Origin: Selaginella moellendorffii | Taxonomy: Eukaryota > Plantae > Lycopodiophyta | Direction of reading: 5' to 3' | NCBI RefSeq assembly: GCF_000143415.4 | Contig: NW_003314268.1 | Span: 387,117-451,116 of the forward strand | Length of the DNA: 64,000 nt | In this document: piece after piece, positions 59,727-64,000 of the stretch | How the letters are laid out: each line of letters opens with the position of its first letter | Numbering within the stretch: position 1 is the first letter of the stretch | The notes under the pieces: model-generated | Databases searched by the model: none | Told to the model about the DNA's origin: nothing | Seen by the model: the letters and a program-made list of their open reading frames with translations, nothing else | Position numbers and translations under genes: made by a program

Positions 59727-60693
59727 ATGAAGTTTCGGGTTTTCGGTGGAGAAGATGCTCCAGACTGGGTCCTCTCCGGAATTTACACGCTCTCCAAACT
59801 GGTACTTGGTATCCGATTCTCACGACTAGAGTATCTAAGTGAGTGGAGTCTTTTCAGAGCTCTGCAGACTTTCAGCTTTTGACACTCGCAATACTTCGCC
59901 AGATCTTGGGAGAAGCTTTTGATGTGAGTGTCAAGCTTACTGATTAGTGTCGTCCCTGATTCGTTTGTTCTTTTCTTTGCCCAGTATGAGAAAGCGTTGG
60001 AAGTAGCCTCAGCGAGTGCCTCTCTTGGTGAGTTGAAACGAGTGCAATCGAAGCAACTTGATTTCTTTTGCAGATATCAAGGCATGTATCGCAGCACTCC
60101 ATTTTCTTATAACCAGTGCAGCGAGATTTGATGTGGACGACGTCACCGTTTCTAAAGAAGCTCAACAGCTCGGTTTACCAGCGGGTAGGCTCTTTTTCCT
60201 TTCTTTGTTATAAAACGGCGGCCCTGAGCTTAGCTTGCTACAGAGCTTACCGATTCCTTCTGCGTTGTTTACAAGGAAAGCAAAGATAGATTGCTGTCAA
60301 GGCTCTCGGGACAAACTCCACGGAGTAAGGACCAGATGCTTGTTTTGTTTCTATATATATGTGCTTGGCTAAAGCTCTTTCTTGTTTTTCTTTACTTCCT
60401 TGCAGTTCCTCCGATATGTATTACTGGATGGCAAGTGCACAAGGCCAGCAATGATATATTGTTGCGATTAAGTCAGCCCTGTGAGATTAACAACAAGGAC
60501 GAGGACAAGAACACCGATATGAACTTAAGTTACGAAAAGCTCACAGCTCTTTTGACAGGTCTTTCTCTATTGCCTTTTCCTCCTCTCGCTTTCTCGTCTT
60601 CTTCTAAACACAAACCTTGCAGAGCTCAAAAGCGCGAGAACTTTGATGGAAAACCTCTCAAACGCTACGCGGACTTCGACGAGTAGCAAATAA
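59727..60693 (+). CDS. COMMD4: COMM domain-containing protein 4
   Basis: MKFRVFGGEDAPDWVL, DIKACIAALHFLITSAARFDVD...QQLGLP, GWQV (COMM-domain Trp), ELKSARTLME; 7 exons. Confidence 0.85.
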
Positions 60694-61648
60694 AGGCTGA
60701 AAATGAGAGATGGGTCCTTTTTTGGTCGCTGTTAGGTCAATTTTGTAGTGGTCCTTAAACAAGCCCTACAAAACGAATAGCCAAGTGTTTAATCAGAACA
60801 TCTTTAACTTTTTCTTGATTTTTCCAATACTATTTGCCTAGAACACTAAAATAAGTTCAAGAGCAAGTAACAAGTATGACATTTATCATTTGCATCTTGT
60901 TAAATAGCTTTAGATAAAACTCTACATAACTTTAGATTATTGTGACTAATCCTACCAAAGACTGTTCATCACAAAAATATATGTATCACTGCTATTAGCT
61001 ACTGCTTATTCCTAGGACTCTTTCACTGTAAGATCTCTTTTTGCAATTACCTCAAGTTCACAGCTTCTTGCATCTGTAAGAATGATGTAAGTATGTAAAA
61101 GAGTGAGATCAATCATAAAATTTGCTAAAATTTTGGTTTTTCTTTCATTTGCAAAAAGAGTTGGAGGCCAAGATTGCCATTTTGACAAAAATTGATAAGA
61201 AATTCCAAAGAGAAATTGATTTATGTTATACTATTGATTTTTTTATCTCATATGCAATATGCTAGCTTTGATAACAAACATTGCATGATTTCTAAGATTT
61301 ATGAAGGAACAGGTCATACATACATATATGATACAAGATATTTGATTCTAGTTATAAATTTTTTTATTATTCATCAAGATTCTTAATTTTTATTATAAAT
61401 TTAAAACAAGCCAAGCAAATTATTTGAATGCATTTCTAGATATATGCTAAAATATTCTTCAATCCAACGGTTGTAATTTTCTACTCTTATGTGAGTAAAA
61501 GTATTGACCAAGAACAAGTAATGGAACTAGTAATTAGATGATTTTTCGTCAGGGAAGAATTTTAACACAGATTGCTTAAAAGGCCCAGCTATGAAGCCAC
61601 AATTGTGTGGCTTTAGATATCTTCTTCCTTCTTCCTTGTATATCGATC

Positions 61649-62770
61649 ATGGCTACCCAATGGTGGTCCGAGAAAACCGTGGCAGTGGTCACTGGTGCTG
61701 GCAAGGGAATTGGCCTGGAAATCGTGAAAGCCTTGGCAAGCCGAGGTATCTCTGTTGTTCTGACGCTCCGCGACCAAGTTGCGGCGGAAAAGGTTGCTCA
61801 AGATCTGATAAGCGCGGATCCCAAGCTCAAGGTCTACGCCTCCCCTCTGAACATCACACTTCCGGAATCTGTGGAAGCGTTTGGAAAGTGGATCCAAAAC
61901 AAGTTTGGAGGGATTGATATTCTTGTAAGATTGTTGGTCACTGTTCATAGTTGGTCACTGCTCATACCCTTCCTTTCTTCTTGTCAATGTGGAACTAATT
62001 TCCAGGTGAACAATGCGGGGCTGCTGCTGGATCCTGTTCATCACAACCTCGAGGAAGCAAAACCCGTGCTGGAAGTCAATTACTATGGCACCAAACGCTT
62101 CATAAAGGAGATGCTCCCACTCATGAGAGAATCCGACCATGGGCCTCGCATTGTCAACCTTAGCACGCTTGGATCACGCCTAGACGTATGCAAAACTCCT
62201 CCCCAGAGTTCTCTTGTTCCATTTCCCTTTTTCCTTGTTCACGTCTATACGTTCCCAACACAATTGCCTCTCTGGTGATGCTAGATCCTCGGCAACGAAT
62301 GGAAGGACAAGCTCTCCGACGTGGAAAACCTGAGCGAGGAGCTCATCGACGACTTTGTGAGCGCATATCTGCGTGATGTCGAGGAAGGCAAGCAATTCGG
62401 CAAAGGGTGGCCGGAGATGTATGCAAGAACCGATTACTGCGTCGCCAAGATGGCCCTGAATGCGTACACGCGGCTTGTGGCCCGAGAGACGGCAGCCCAG
62501 GGCAGAAAGTTCGGAATCAACTGCACCTCTCCGGGGCACACAAGTTGCGTTATGTCAGGCCACACGGGGCATTCTCCGTCCGAGGGTGCACTCACTGCAG
62601 TGTGGCTGGCACTGGAGCCACCGCCGCCCAGCTCGGGTGGCTACTTTGTGGATCGCAAGAGCGTGGGATTTGTGGAGATTCCACTCCTCTACCACGGCAA
62701 GCTCATCTATGATCCCGAGGGCATCAAGAAGCACCTCCTGGATAACGCAAATTACACGCACCACAAGTGA
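61649..62770 (+). CDS. Short-chain dehydrogenase/reductase, carbonyl reductase / neomenthol dehydrogenase-like
   Basis: VVTGAGKGIG, DILVNNAG, VNYYGTK, IVNLST, YCVAK; 3 exons. Confidence 0.93.
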
Positions 62771-64000
62771 AAGTTCAGCAGAATTCATTGTCTATCTGGA
62801 TGCAAGGTGTGTACAATATGCAAGAAATGTAAATTTGTGGGGTGGTCAATGTTTAGTGTGGTTAATGAAACGAGTTTAAAACATCCCTCGAGAAAGGAAT
62901 GGTTGGTAGCGCGTTGCCTTGAATGACTTACGTACATATGGGACATATGTTGGTGGAAATTTTTTGTGTATGGTGGGTGTCACATTGTACATACGCTGTA
63001 TGTGGTCTTGGGCAAACGAGTACAAGCATTAGAGGATTGGTGATGTTAGTATCGAACTACAGATGGGACCAACAAAAGTTAAGAAAAGCAGCAAACTTCT
63101 TTTGCGCAAAAGAAATAAAGCTCTTACGCTCTTTCAAGAAAAAGATTATATGCTCAAGAAAAACGTGGGAGAAATGGAGGAGAAGCACCGCTGAGCATGG
63201 CTGTGCAAATCGACGCGAACGCATGGCTCATCCGGCGTCTATCTATCAACACTTTGCCTTGTTCCCACGGTGAAGAGAAAAAACAACAGAGAGCGCCTGG
63301 TTTCTAGATTCCCCTCGAAGATCTACTCTGACAACTGGTTTTCCAGATTGATCTACTCTGACACCAACGTATCGGACAGCTTTAACACCTGGTTTCCCAT
63401 CGAATCGATTGCTCAGGCGACGTCTTCATTGGATGGTTTTCATTGGATGGTAACATGTTGTGCGATATTTCGCGGGCGAGAGAGGACACACGGTGCGCGT
63501 TTGGAGGCGACGAACGAATGGAAGAGCTATTGCCGACAAAAAGAGTCTAGGTACTTGGTATAATTTAAATATATACTTAAAATTGATCATTGATTAGAAT
63601 GTAGAATCAAGGACCTTGACTATAACATTGATGTTCAAAGCTACACCCAAAGTATTTGAATGTTTATTTTGTGGGCCTTCTTCTTGTAAACATGCTTCTG
63701 AAAGCATCAGTGGGACGTGATTTAAATGAAGCCACAAATCTAATGCTAAAAAAATCAGTTTTTGATAAGACTATAGGCAAACAAGGCTCAAGTTCCACTA
63801 CACTCCTAAACCATCCCAATGCCAACCTGGCAATCTTCCTCTTGGAGATTACTAAACACTGTATCACTGCACAGATCTATATGCTCCAAAAGATAAATGC
63901 CTTTCATCACTTATCTAAATAGCCACTAGTTTTGGGTTTTAGTAAAAATAAAAGTGTTACAAAAAGAACAAAAATCTTTCTTCTTTCTTCCTCTTTTTTT

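Noticed and set aside
62900-64000. ORFs and the short direct repeat GATCTACTCTGACA at the window end
   Set aside because: No recognisable motif or consistent exon structure.

Overview
Compact, intron-rich plant nuclear DNA. The 44-60 nt introns, the miR156 variants, and the P5B-like ATPase and COMMD4 genes point to the lycophyte Selaginella (inference). Bases 1-~20,300 are a nested transposon pile. A decayed Helitron Rep/helicase is split exactly in its HUH motif by a young non-coding LTR element (1146-bp LTRs, ATGAG target-site duplication, TSD). An older inverted copy of that element carries a solo LTR and a TRIM. Bases ~20,500-62,800 are gene-dense: AKR, CYP88/KAO, SDR-MDR quinone reductase, P5 ATPase, fibrillin, RPC11, two MIR156 hairpins, YbhB/PEBP, Nudix, RING-CH E3, UGT, UBL5, tRNA-Arg, Trm112-like, COMMD4 and SDR. 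The most notable signal is two unrelated intronless families of unknown function that co-cluster over 22.5-39.4 kb, including a head-to-head pair and a tandem duplication with reciprocal loss. One is a small beta-rich protein, lipid-anchored in two of three copies (DUF7748-like); the other is a coiled-coil/3-TM protein (PTHR33287/SLATT-like). Together they are a candidate two-component membrane system. Absent from the ORF track but visible in the sequence: a spliced DY-type secreted peptide precursor, a three-gene C/D snoRNA cluster, and an SBP-site cluster upstream of a MIR156. Family names are from recall, not from searches.
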